Positions 19,136-28,537 of a stretch of DNA of 32,000 bases are shown in pieces. Under the pieces are notes generated by a model. That model was given only the letters and a program-made list of their open reading frames with translations. It did not search any database and was not told the origin of the DNA. Source of the DNA: Aliivibrio fischeri ES114. Lineage in GTDB: Bacteria; Pseudomonadota; Gammaproteobacteria; Enterobacterales; Vibrionaceae. Position 1 is the first letter of the stretch, and each line of letters opens with the position of its first letter. The DNA lies in assembly GCF_000011805.1 (NCBI RefSeq), contig NC_006841.2; one strand, written 5' to 3'. A program made the position numbers and the translations under genes.

Positions 19136-21031
19136 ATGGATATCACCTCTCTTATAAACGCCAATGTTATCTGTTTAGACCTTACATCCACATCGAAAGA
19201 AGATATCCTTCAAGAGATGGTTCAAATTTTAGATGATGCCGGAAAACTCTCTAATAAAACGCAATTCTTATCCGATGTGTGGGCCCGCGAAGAGATAGGC
19301 AACACAGGTTTTGAGGATGGTATTGCTATTCCTCACGCAAAAAGCTCTGCCGTACTCACCCCTTCTGTCGCTATTGGGATCAGTCGCACTGGTATTGATT
19401 ATGGTGCTGAGGACGGTGAACCTTCTGATATCTTTTTTATGCTCGCTTCAACTGATGGTGATGATAATCAACACATTGAAGCCCTAGCACAGATCTCCAG
19501 TCGTTTGATTGAAGATGGTTTTACCAACAAGCTAAAAAAAGCCGACTCAAAAGAAGAAATACTCGACCTTTTTACGGATATTATTCAACCAAATACTGAA
19601 TCAACCGACATTGAAAATGCTCCATCTCAAATAGAGAAAAGTGAGTTAACGCGTAAACTAGGCCGCACCAAAGAACATTTATTATTTGGTACATCGCACA
19701 TGATCCCATTCATTGTTGCAGGTGGTGTATTACTTTCCTTATCTGTGATGATCTCAGGTCAAGGGGCCGTACCAACAGAAGGTATTTTGGCTGATATCGC
19801 TCAAATGGGCATCGCAGGGTTAACGCTATTTACTGCGGTATTGGGTGGTTATATCGCCTACTCTATTGCAGATAAACCGGGACTCGCTCCTGGCATGATA
19901 GGTTCATGGATTGCAGTTCAACAATACAATACCGGCTTTTTAGGAGCGATCATCATTGGATTCTTTGCAGGCTTTGTGGTTCGCAGTTTAAAGAAAATTA
20001 AACTGCCTGAAAGCATGGCTTCATTAGGCTCTATCTTTATTTATCCTCTTGTTGGTACCTTCCTCACTTGTGCAGCTGTAATGTGGGTGATTGGTGCTCC
20101 TATATCTAACGCCATGGCAGCGCTAAATGAATGGCTCGCTAGCATGGCAGGCTCAGGAAAAATCGCTTTAGGTGCAATTCTAGGTGCGATGGCCGCTTTT
20201 GATATGGGTGGACCAATTAATAAAGTAGCAACCTTATTTGCTCAAACCCAAGTGAACACTCAGCCATGGTTAATGGGCGGTGTTGGCATCGCTATTTGTA
20301 CTCCACCACTAGGAATGGCACTGGCGACGTTCTTATCTCCAAAGAAATTTAAACGTGATGAACGAGAAGCCGGTAAAGCGGCCGGAATTATGGGAATGAT
20401 AGGCATAACAGAAGGTGCGATTCCATTTGCTGCTGCCGATCCTGCTCGTGTTATCCCTGCGATTGTGGCTGGTGGCATTGTCGGTAATATTACCGGATTT
20501 GTATTTAATGTATTAAACCATGCTCCTTGGGGAGGATGGATTGTATTACCTGTTGTCGATGGCAAAATTGGCTACATTATAGGAACGCTTTTGGGTGCAT
20601 TCACCACTGCCGCTATTGTTATTTTACTTAAGAAAAACGCAGTAGAAGATGATGAACATACGCAACAAAAATTCACTTTTGAATCCGTTAAAAATGAAGG
20701 TGAAGCCGACGTATTAGCAGTCACGGCTTGCCCATCAGGAGTCGCTCATACTTTTCTTGCGGCTAAAAGTTTAGAAAAAGCGGCTCATAAACTCGGTATT
20801 AAAATCAAAGTAGAGACCCAAGGTGCTGATGGTATTAATAACCGTATTACCCCTCTTGATATAAAGAACGCAAAACTGGTCATTTTTGCTCATGATGTGG
20901 CAATCAAAGAACCCCTTCGTTTTAAAGGAATGCGGACACTGGATATTGCCACCAAAGATGCCATGTACAGTGCAGAGCAACTGCTCAATGATAATTTAAC
21001 GAAACATCACAAGCGTTTTTCAAAAGCGTAA
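19136..21031 (+). CDS. PTS fructose-type transporter, EIIA-EIIC-EIIB domain order
   Basis: EIIA GIAIPHAKSSAV at the N-terminus; EIIC HMIPFIVAGGVLLSLS...AAFDMGGPINKVATLF in the middle; EIIB VLAVTACPSGVAHTFLAAKSLEKAAHKLGIKIKVETQG at the C-terminus. Confidence 0.93.
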   Translation: MDITSLINANVICLDLTSTSKEDILQEMVQILDDAGKLSNKTQFLSDVWAREEIGNTGFEDGIAIPHAKSSAVLTPSVAIGISRTGIDYGAEDGEPSDIFFMLASTDGDDNQHIEALAQISSRLIEDGFTNKLKKADSKEEILDLFTDIIQPNTESTDIENAPSQIEKSELTRKLGRTKEHLLFGTSHMIPFIVAGGVLLSLSVMISGQGAVPTEGILADIAQMGIAGLTLFTAVLGGYIAYSIADKPGLAPGMIGSWIAVQQYNTGFLGAIIIGFFAGFVVRSLKKIKLPESMASLGSIFIYPLVGTFLTCAAVMWVIGAPISNAMAALNEWLASMAGSGKIALGAILGAMAAFDMGGPINKVATLFAQTQVNTQPWLMGGVGIAICTPPLGMALATFLSPKKFKRDEREAGKAAGIMGMIGITEGAIPFAAADPARVIPAIVAGGIVGNITGFVFNVLNHAPWGGWIVLPVVDGKIGYIIGTLLGAFTTAAIVILLKKNAVEDDEHTQQKFTFESVKNEGEADVLAVTACPSGVAHTFLAAKSLEKAAHKLGIKIKVETQGADGINNRITPLDIKNAKLVIFAHDVAIKEPLRFKGMRTLDIATKDAMYSAEQLLNDNLTKHHKRFSKA

Positions 21032-21036
21032 ACTCA

Positions 21037-21072
21037 GTCAGGGTTGATTGTAATATCTTAATCAACCCTGAC
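21037..21072. terminator. Perfect 13-bp hairpin between convergent genes (candidate bidirectional terminator)
   Basis: GTCAGGGTTGATT-N10-AATCAACCCTGAC. There is no clear T-run on the + strand; the TTTT on the - strand is on the wrong side to be a classic tail. Confidence 0.5.
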
Positions 21073-21098
21073 CTTAAAACCGTTAATCATCTCCACGC

Positions 21099-23417
21099 TT
21101 ATTCAACATTTCCAACAATCAGATACACAGAATCTAAACCATTTTCTGCTCGTCCATAAGACAGAATAATCGGCCCAATAGGCGTGTCTATTCCTCCAAA
21201 CAATGAACCAGAGAAAATAAGCGGTGCGGAGCTAATGTCTGTTGATTTCATTGACCATAAACCACCGTATTCTGCTGAAGCCCCCAAATAAACCGCTGTT
21301 TTAAACATGCCTAAATCATTCTCAAACCAACGGTATCGATAAGTTAAGCGACCATAAATTTTATTTGCACCAATCAAGCTATTTCGTGGCAAGCCTGATA
21401 AGTGATTAAACCCGCCAAGCTCAATCGGATTAACTGGAACCAAGTAATCATCACTGTTCGTTATGCCATATTCCGCACTACTAATGAAAGTGTGTCTTGC
21501 AATGCTTCTGGCAAATAGCGCTTCTGCTGTAAATTCATCAATGTATTGTTCTGAATGATCAGAGCCTTCTACATCACGGCTATTTACCTTATCGAACGCA
21601 TATAGGTAACGTGCATTTATTAACGAACCATGCGTTGGCAATGAAATACTGTCTAAACTATCAAAATTGTATTCGAGCGTTGCACCTAAGCGTTCATATT
21701 CCGTTCTTCCATACGCTGAAAGTCCGGTTAATTCATGGCTTCCTCTTGCATATAAGATCCCTGTTTTTAACTGCTGATCTTTTGTTGCTTCTACACCAAA
21801 CAAAGCATCGACGGTAAAATCTCGAAGATTAACAGGATAAAAGCTCATGCTGCTGTTTGGCTCTTTATCTTCTAAACTGCTTGTTGAAATTGAGCGTTTT
21901 TTATCGCTATACATCATGTTTGATTGCACAAAGAAATGATGATTCAGATAAAAAGGATAATGGATGGTCGCATCAAATATCTTATCTGTACCTAATTCAA
22001 CATTTGTACGTAATTCAGCACCATAATCGTTTAAATCGGTAAAATTAATTGAAGCACCAAGACCATATTGACTGTGCGTATCAAAATCCTCTTCTAAGAA
22101 AAAACGAAAATTTAAGTAATTGGGCCCCCACTCTTTCTCTTTAGCGGTCACTTTCAATACATTTTCATTGTTATCTTCTTCAACTAAATAAGTGATGGTT
22201 TCAAAACGATTAGTTGCATATAGAGCGTGAATTTTATCTTCAATATAATCACTGCTAAGCAATGTTCCTTGCTCAAACTGAATAAAACGCTCTAGTTTGT
22301 CGCTCTCATAATGACTTCGATTTTCAACTTCCACTTTATCAATGATTGCACCTTGAGCTAAACGAACGTTAGCTGATTGCTGCTTTATCTTGTTTTGGTA
22401 TTGAGCATATTCATTTGGAGCAACCGCTAAAGATTGCAGACGTGATTTCAGCGTCATTACAGTATCGTAACCCTCTTGATACGCTCTTGGCATGCTTGAG
22501 AAATCCGTCGTTTCAATATCACCAACACGAGGCTGCAATAAAATATCTTTATCTGTTAAAAATTCCGCTTGCTCTTGGGTACTGCGCTTAACCATAAAAT
22601 TAGTTAATTGAGATGCTACATCAAATAACGAGCCTATCTGCTCTTTAGTCATATAATTTGAGCTAATATCCACCGCGATGACAATATCCGCCCCCATCTC
22701 TTTTGCCAGTTCAACAGGCATATTATTGGTTACGCCACCATCGATAAGCAGCTTATCCTCAAACTCATAAGGTGGTAAGGCGCCGGGTACCGACATGCTT
22801 GCCATCATGGCATCAACTAAAAGACCATGGTCAATAACCACTTCTTCCATTGAAACAATATCAGTCGCAACTGAACGGTAGCGAATAGGGAAATCATCAA
22901 ACGATGCAACGGACACGGGATTACCAGATGTTTCACGTAAAATCTTAAGCATATTCTGTCCTTGAATCGCTGACTTTGGTGATTTTACTCCCTCTTTTCT
23001 GATTCCTAGCGATGGATTTATTGCAAATCTGTCTTCGTACTTTTTATCTCGACTATTTTTCTCTTCTCTGCCAACCTCATCTTGATAGCCACTGTACCAA
23101 TCTACGGTATGCAAATACGCTTCAATCTCAGAGGCCGATTTCCCTGTTGCATAAAGCCCACCGACATACGCCCCCATACTGGTTCCTGTAATAATATCTA
23201 TGGGTATATTTAACTCTTCAAGCGCTTTTAATACGCCAATGTGCGCCGCTCCTTTTGCACCACCACCAGCAAGTACCAAAGCAATTTTAGGGCGAGATGG
23301 TTCTTTTATTGGCTCTGCATATAAATACGGCGTAAAAAGAAATGTAGCTAAAAAAACAAACCATAAGTTCAAGCGAAAAACATGACGCATAATCACCATC
23401 CAGATAAGAATAATCAT
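21099..23417 (-). CDS. Patatin-like phospholipase with predicted C-terminal outer-membrane beta-barrel (PlpD/RssA-like); true start probably the internal ATG at ~23390
   Basis: Signal-like N-terminus, LVLAGGGAKGAAHIGVL, catalytic GTSMGAYVGGLYATG, DGGVTNNMPVELAKEMGADIVIAVDIS. The C-terminus is POTRA/BamA-like and ends in PLSYGRAENGLDSVYLIVGN. Confidence 0.9.
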   Translation of the reverse strand: MIILIWMVIMRHVFRLNLWFVFLATFLFTPYLYAEPIKEPSRPKIALVLAGGGAKGAAHIGVLKALEELNIPIDIITGTSMGAYVGGLYATGKSASEIEAYLHTVDWYSGYQDEVGREEKNSRDKKYEDRFAINPSLGIRKEGVKSPKSAIQGQNMLKILRETSGNPVSVASFDDFPIRYRSVATDIVSMEEVVIDHGLLVDAMMASMSVPGALPPYEFEDKLLIDGGVTNNMPVELAKEMGADIVIAVDISSNYMTKEQIGSLFDVASQLTNFMVKRSTQEQAEFLTDKDILLQPRVGDIETTDFSSMPRAYQEGYDTVMTLKSRLQSLAVAPNEYAQYQNKIKQQSANVRLAQGAIIDKVEVENRSHYESDKLERFIQFEQGTLLSSDYIEDKIHALYATNRFETITYLVEEDNNENVLKVTAKEKEWGPNYLNFRFFLEEDFDTHSQYGLGASINFTDLNDYGAELRTNVELGTDKIFDATIHYPFYLNHHFFVQSNMMYSDKKRSISTSSLEDKEPNSSMSFYPVNLRDFTVDALFGVEATKDQQLKTGILYARGSHELTGLSAYGRTEYERLGATLEYNFDSLDSISLPTHGSLINARYLYAFDKVNSRDVEGSDHSEQYIDEFTAEALFARSIARHTFISSAEYGITNSDDYLVPVNPIELGGFNHLSGLPRNSLIGANKIYGRLTYRYRWFENDLGMFKTAVYLGASAEYGGLWSMKSTDISSAPLIFSGSLFGGIDTPIGPIILSYGRAENGLDSVYLIVGNVE

Positions 23418-24119
23418 TAATTTTCATAAGAATATCAGGTTTAAAAAAGCAGAATTTGATCGGGGTAACGAAGTGATTAAGAGCTAAATTTATTAATATA
23501 AAAAACCTCCATCACTCGGCCAAAAAGTTACCACAATGTTAAACCAGAAGCTTGCTATCGCTAACTTAAATTTACATTTAGAATTTATACGCCTCTTATT
23601 CAATCAAAATAAAACGACTAACAAATCATGTCCTCTTACGATTAACGATCAATTATGAAACATAAGTTTTCACACTAAATTCAAAATAAACACAGATTCA
23701 CATTTGACATTAAAAAATCACCTCTTTTAAAAAGTCAAAATAACAACGAAAAACTGACTTTTATGTCAAAAAAACAGACACCTAACACATTGCAGTCGCA
23801 ATTCCAAGAATTACTTTAGAAGCAAGATCACAGTTTAAAAAACTCCTGATATCCTTAAAAATTCTTCTGGTTAGAATGCTCGAAAATTCAATTCAGCTAT
23901 TAATTTGATATTAATAAATGAATTTTGCGTGGTTCGATTCGAGGTTTTTGCCTAATTATAGTGGTTTGGGAATTAACCTTTTCGTAACAGAGTGAGCCCT
24001 TATTAAACGGCTCATTCAATCATAGGCAAGGAAGCGAGTGATGATGAAATCTATCCATCGCACACCTTTATAATTAATAAATTTATCTAGATAAGATAAA
24101 TAAAAAAGAAGAAAAAGCA

Positions 24120-27100
24120 GTGATAAAATTAAATAAAATAACAGCCGCTATTACTAGCGTCATGTTTAGCGGATATTTATACGCCGCTGATGCAAGTGCA
24201 ACTTCTAACGTTGTTACTTTTGTTCCTGGTGAAACAAAAGTTCAAAATGGAGATATGGTTTCTTTCAATGGCGACTGTTTTGTTGCTAAAAATAACCCAG
24301 GTGTTTGGGAATCTCCTACCGCTGATTCATGGTTCTGGGATGTTGCTGAATGTTCAGGTGAACCAAACCCAGGTCCGGGTCCAAATCCAGGACCAAACCC
24401 GACTCCAGATCCTGATTTAGGCGATATTATTCCGTTTATTCCAGGTAAAACTCAAGTTGAGAATGGCGATGTGGTTTCATACGAAAACCAATGTTTCATT
24501 GCTCAAAACAACCCAGGTGTTTGGGAAACGCCAAGCGCAAGTTCTTGGTTCTGGACGCTAACAGAATGTTCTGACGAACCTGTAAATCCTGAACCAGAAG
24601 TGACTGAGCTGTCTATCCTTGCTCCTATTGCTGGACAAGTGTTAACCGCTAACGAAGCTATCTCAATCAATGCACATGTTGATGGCAACTTAGCTGCTAA
24701 AGTTGAATTTTGGGCGAACAACACCAAGCTTGCTGAAAAAACAGTAAACCAAAACAACACTCAATACTCTCAAACTTGGACGCCAAGTGAAGAAGGTAAT
24801 GCGACGATTAACGTATTTGTTTTCGATAAAAATAACCAAAAGATCGAGCAAAAGTCAGTATCAGTTACTGTAAAAGCAGAAGTAACTGAAGATTTCGTTG
24901 CACCTGTAGTTAAATTTGTTACTCCAGCTAATGGTTCAACAATGAACGTTGCTGAGAGCCTTTCTATTTCTGTTAATGCAACAGATGCTGATAACGATTT
25001 AGCGACACTGATTGTTAAAGCAAACAACAAAGAAATCTGTTCATTTGACGCGGCGAATACAGACACATTTGCGTGTGACTGGCAACCAACTCAAGCTGGT
25101 AATGTAACTCTGAATGCTATCGCTACTGATGCACAAGATCTTTCTTCTACAGCAACAGTAAGAATCACTGTTGAAGAAGATGTGGTAGAGCCACCAGTAG
25201 AGCCGCCTGTAACTCCAGGTGACTTATGTAAAGACTTTAATGTTTATCCTGATTGGACTCGTGGTGATCACGCAACAGGTGGTGACATTATGGTTCATGA
25301 TAACATCGCTTACTCAGCAATCTACTGGACTAAAACCATTCCAGGTAGTGATGACTCATGGTCTCTTCATCTAAATTGTGATGGTACAGAACCGGGCACT
25401 GCTCCGCTTCTTTCTCTACCAAACCCAATGGATCCAGTACGTCTAGAAGTAGCTGGCTGGCCAAATACATTAGTTGTTGCAAGCCCTTCTACTTCAGCAC
25501 CAACGACATTAACGATCCAAGCAAGTAACAGTGCTGATCTAGCTGATTTCGATAAGCTAACAAGCACATTTGTATCTATCATTAATGCTGCTGCACAAGC
25601 GGGGTCAGCATCTATTATCATCAACTCCGATGTTCTTGATAAAGCGACTCGTGATAATGCGTTATCTTCAAGCAGTATTTCTGTTAAAGAAGCACTAACA
25701 CAAGCGATGGATATCACTGGCAATAAGATTGATATTGATGACATCAACGCTCTAAGCAATGATTTAAAAGGTTGGGCAAACGCTCATCACCTAATCATCT
25801 CTACTCTTGCGCCAGAAGCAAGTTACGGTTGGTCTCTAAGCATTGGTGACTTTGCTTTTGATACGCACTCAGGTAGACAATCTGTTTGGGATGAGGCGTC
25901 TAGTTTCTCTGCGGACTTACTGAATAAATTAGAGCTTTATAAAGCTGAACTAGCAACAAAAGCTGACTTTATTGCGTTCACAAAATCAAACACGACTGAA
26001 GCGTTATCAAGTGACCAATGGCACAATGCTTTGGAATACGTTAAGCAAGTTTCTGATTACGTGAAAACACCGGTAATGCTAAACAACATCCCAACAGATC
26101 AAGCTTCTGCTTACTTCATGGGTGACAAGTCTAGCAAACCACAAATCCGTAAAGCAGCATTCAGCAACGTGTTCGCAATTCTGTTTGATAAGAACACGGC
26201 AGAACTAACAGCTAAAATTGAACGCTACCAAGATGCTAAAATGCCACTGTACTACGTTGGTAAAACAACAGAAAACGGCAAACTAACGGTTATTGATGAA
26301 CTAAATAACCAATTAGCAAATGCTGAAGATGCAATGAACAACACTGCATTCTTGTATGAAACGCCTCAATCACAATGGATTCCGTCTACGGTTTACAAGT
26401 GGGCTGACTTCATGGAAGGCTTGAATGCAATGCATAACATTGGTGTTGCTGGTAACAAGTTCTGGCTATTAGATGAAAACGTTGATGATGCTACAAACAT
26501 CAAATATGCAAAAGTAGCGATTGCTGCGTTCCTAGCTCAAAGTATGCAAGAAACTATTCGTTACAATGCGTGTGATGAGAATAACTGGTCTGAAATCAAA
26601 TACGGTGCACCTGCTGATTACCCAATGTCTGCAAGCTGTGGTCAACTGGGTCAAAAATACGCAGATTACGGTGTTAACCCTATTTCAGGTTTAGATCACG
26701 CTTACTCTTGTCCTCGTGATGACAAAATGGAAGTAAGTGCCCTAACCCATGCGAAATGGTACGGTGCTCCAGCTCCTGTATTTGCTGCACCTGATGCTGT
26801 TCTTGAAGAGCGTGGTTTACTTGTAAACGGAAGTGTTGGTCGTTGGACAAACAACGGTCACTGTAATGATGTACCAACGGCTGTAGATACGTCTAAGCAA
26901 GTATGGGAACGTGATACATGTAAAACTTACGTTGATCAAAAAGCGGGTAGCTTTATTTGGGATGGCAGCAGCCAAGAAAGTGTTCAAGGTTGTGGCTGGT
27001 GGGGCCGTGGTGTAATTCAAACTACAGGTCGTCAAAACTTCGGTACACTTAACCACTACTTAGGCCGTTCACACGTTGATCCTGAGACAATTGGTAAAAC

Positions 27101-27479
27101 AATTGATGGTGTTGTTGTTGAAGCGCCACCAGAGAACCCGCTATACGCTGAACTGGATTTCTGTTCAAACCCAGGCTTAATTTGTAGCTCTGAAGAGAAC
27201 AAAGAAATCAAGTGGATTGCTGGTCTATTCTACTGGGTTACATCAGTACAAGCGTACCCTGATGAGTCTGGTCAATACGGTAACTGGAACTACCACAACG
27301 AGCTTAAGAAGTATGTTGATGGTGGAATGAAAGGTACTGAGTTTATCGATGATGTATCTGGTATCGTAAACCGTGGTTGTCCTGATTTAGTGTGTTCTAC
27401 TGGTGAAGTACATAACGTTAAAGAACGTCGTGCTAACTTTAAGCTGGTACTAGAGCAACTAGGCCTTAACCCACAATAA
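24120..27479 (+). CDS. Secreted modular chitinase-like enzyme: two CBM5/12-like modules, Ig-like modules, an unassigned central region and a C-terminal GH19 domain
   Basis: Signal peptide. Duplicated FVPGETKVQNGDMVSFNGDCFVAKNNPGVWESP...WFWDVAEC / FIPGKTQVENGDVVSYENQCFIAQNNPGVWETP...WFWTLTEC. Pro/Gly-rich linker. GH19-like FLAQSMQETIRYNAC and WWGRGVIQTTGRQNFGTLNHYLGR. Confidence 0.88.
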   Translation: MIKLNKITAAITSVMFSGYLYAADASATSNVVTFVPGETKVQNGDMVSFNGDCFVAKNNPGVWESPTADSWFWDVAECSGEPNPGPGPNPGPNPTPDPDLGDIIPFIPGKTQVENGDVVSYENQCFIAQNNPGVWETPSASSWFWTLTECSDEPVNPEPEVTELSILAPIAGQVLTANEAISINAHVDGNLAAKVEFWANNTKLAEKTVNQNNTQYSQTWTPSEEGNATINVFVFDKNNQKIEQKSVSVTVKAEVTEDFVAPVVKFVTPANGSTMNVAESLSISVNATDADNDLATLIVKANNKEICSFDAANTDTFACDWQPTQAGNVTLNAIATDAQDLSSTATVRITVEEDVVEPPVEPPVTPGDLCKDFNVYPDWTRGDHATGGDIMVHDNIAYSAIYWTKTIPGSDDSWSLHLNCDGTEPGTAPLLSLPNPMDPVRLEVAGWPNTLVVASPSTSAPTTLTIQASNSADLADFDKLTSTFVSIINAAAQAGSASIIINSDVLDKATRDNALSSSSISVKEALTQAMDITGNKIDIDDINALSNDLKGWANAHHLIISTLAPEASYGWSLSIGDFAFDTHSGRQSVWDEASSFSADLLNKLELYKAELATKADFIAFTKSNTTEALSSDQWHNALEYVKQVSDYVKTPVMLNNIPTDQASAYFMGDKSSKPQIRKAAFSNVFAILFDKNTAELTAKIERYQDAKMPLYYVGKTTENGKLTVIDELNNQLANAEDAMNNTAFLYETPQSQWIPSTVYKWADFMEGLNAMHNIGVAGNKFWLLDENVDDATNIKYAKVAIAAFLAQSMQETIRYNACDENNWSEIKYGAPADYPMSASCGQLGQKYADYGVNPISGLDHAYSCPRDDKMEVSALTHAKWYGAPAPVFAAPDAVLEERGLLVNGSVGRWTNNGHCNDVPTAVDTSKQVWERDTCKTYVDQKAGSFIWDGSSQESVQGCGWWGRGVIQTTGRQNFGTLNHYLGRSHVDPETIGKTIDGVVVEAPPENPLYAELDFCSNPGLICSSEENKEIKWIAGLFYWVTSVQAYPDESGQYGNWNYHNELKKYVDGGMKGTEFIDDVSGIVNRGCPDLVCSTGEVHNVKERRANFKLVLEQLGLNPQ

Positions 27480-27528
27480 TTTGGTTAAGCTAACTAGGTA
27501 ATTAATTACCTAACACTGTTAAATGAAT

Positions 27529-27563
27529 AAGAACCCTGCTTTTCGAAGTGGGGTTCTTTTTTT
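27529..27563 (+). terminator. Rho-independent terminator downstream of the chitinase gene
   Basis: AAGAACCC ... GGGTTCTT followed by a T-run. Confidence 0.85.
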
Positions 27564-27714
27564 GTAATAAACAAAGTAAAGAATGAAGTGGACAAATCAG
27601 AAGTGGTTTTATAAAAATGACAGATACGAAAAAACACGCAATAAAGCGTTTAATTTTAAATAATCATTGGGAATTTGAAACTAGAACAATCTCTAAGAAG
27701 GGGAAGCAAGAGAT

Positions 27715-27789
<75 letters not shown>

Positions 27790-28045
27790 ACATCGTTGGA
27801 ACGAGATAGATAATGCCATACTGAGCGCTGAGGTAAAGTACTTTTTTACACTTAACTAATTGATTGCATGATATTTAAGCATAATATGCAAATTTTAATC
27901 TCTTCACACCATACGATAGGTATAAATAGTAAGCACCGTCAGCCTATTTGTTGCTAGTTTATCTGAACGATGCTTACTTTTTTACATTACAAAAATTGCT
28001 TAGACTTTAATTCAATGGCGGTCGGTTGTTTCTCTATCCATTTTT

Positions 28046-28537
28046 TTATTCGCAGTATGCGTATTGGTAATCACGAAAGAATAACTCTTTTACTATCTCC
28101 ATTGACATTGTTTTGCTAATTGCCAAGCGACTTAAAATAGTTAACGGCGGAAAACACAATGAATACCGATCATCATCTAAATGGTTGACCACACTTTTAT
28201 GCTGAAGGTATTCAAAATCACCACTTTCAGCAATCGCTTGTACGCCAGTATCAAGTGCATGGATCAGTCCATGTTTATCTGTTCCCCAAATGCCATTGGT
28301 TTCTCGCTCTTCTATTCGTTCACTTAACTCTTTTATATTGGCAATTAAGGGAGTAAAAGGAACGGGACGAATGTTATCTACACCATTATTCTTTCTATCA
28401 CTTCCAAGGGTTACAATTTTGGGGTTTGAGTGCCAGTTTTCAAATAAAGTTTTTCTTGTTGTTTCATTATATTACCCATAAAACTGCGTAGAAAATAAAT
28501 AAATCCCTTCAGCTAACACTGCTTTATTACTCATCAT
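28046..28537 (-). pseudogene. Probable nonsense-interrupted ORF (164 codons, in-frame TAA at 28472-28474), function unknown
   Basis: aaggaggataaATGATG start. Frame reads MMSNKAVLAEGIYLFSTQFYG*YNETTRKTLFENWHSNPKIVTLGSDRKNNGVDNIRPVPFTPLIANIKELSERIEERETNGIWGTDKHGLIHALDTG...YAYCE*. Start overlaps the stop of the upstream gene. Confidence 0.6.

Noticed and set aside
20260-20980. Antisense ORFs inside the second PTS permease (20260-20565, 20771-20980)
   Set aside because: Shadow frames of a confidently identified gene, with proline-rich or implausible translations.
21611-23385. Antisense ORFs inside the patatin gene (21611-21817, 21857-22042, 23200-23385)
   Set aside because: Shadow frames with no supporting signals.
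24190-27056. Alternate-frame and antisense ORFs inside the chitinase gene (24190-24420, 24503-24760, 24770-25066, 25367-25759, 26680-26877, 26817-27056)
   Set aside because: Overlap a gene with clear domain signatures, and their translations show no family features.
28290-28481. + strand 63-aa ORF MPLVSRSSIRSLNSFI...
   Set aside because: Antisense to the interrupted ORF 28046-28537, whose frame has an RBS and operonic position. More likely a shadow ORF.
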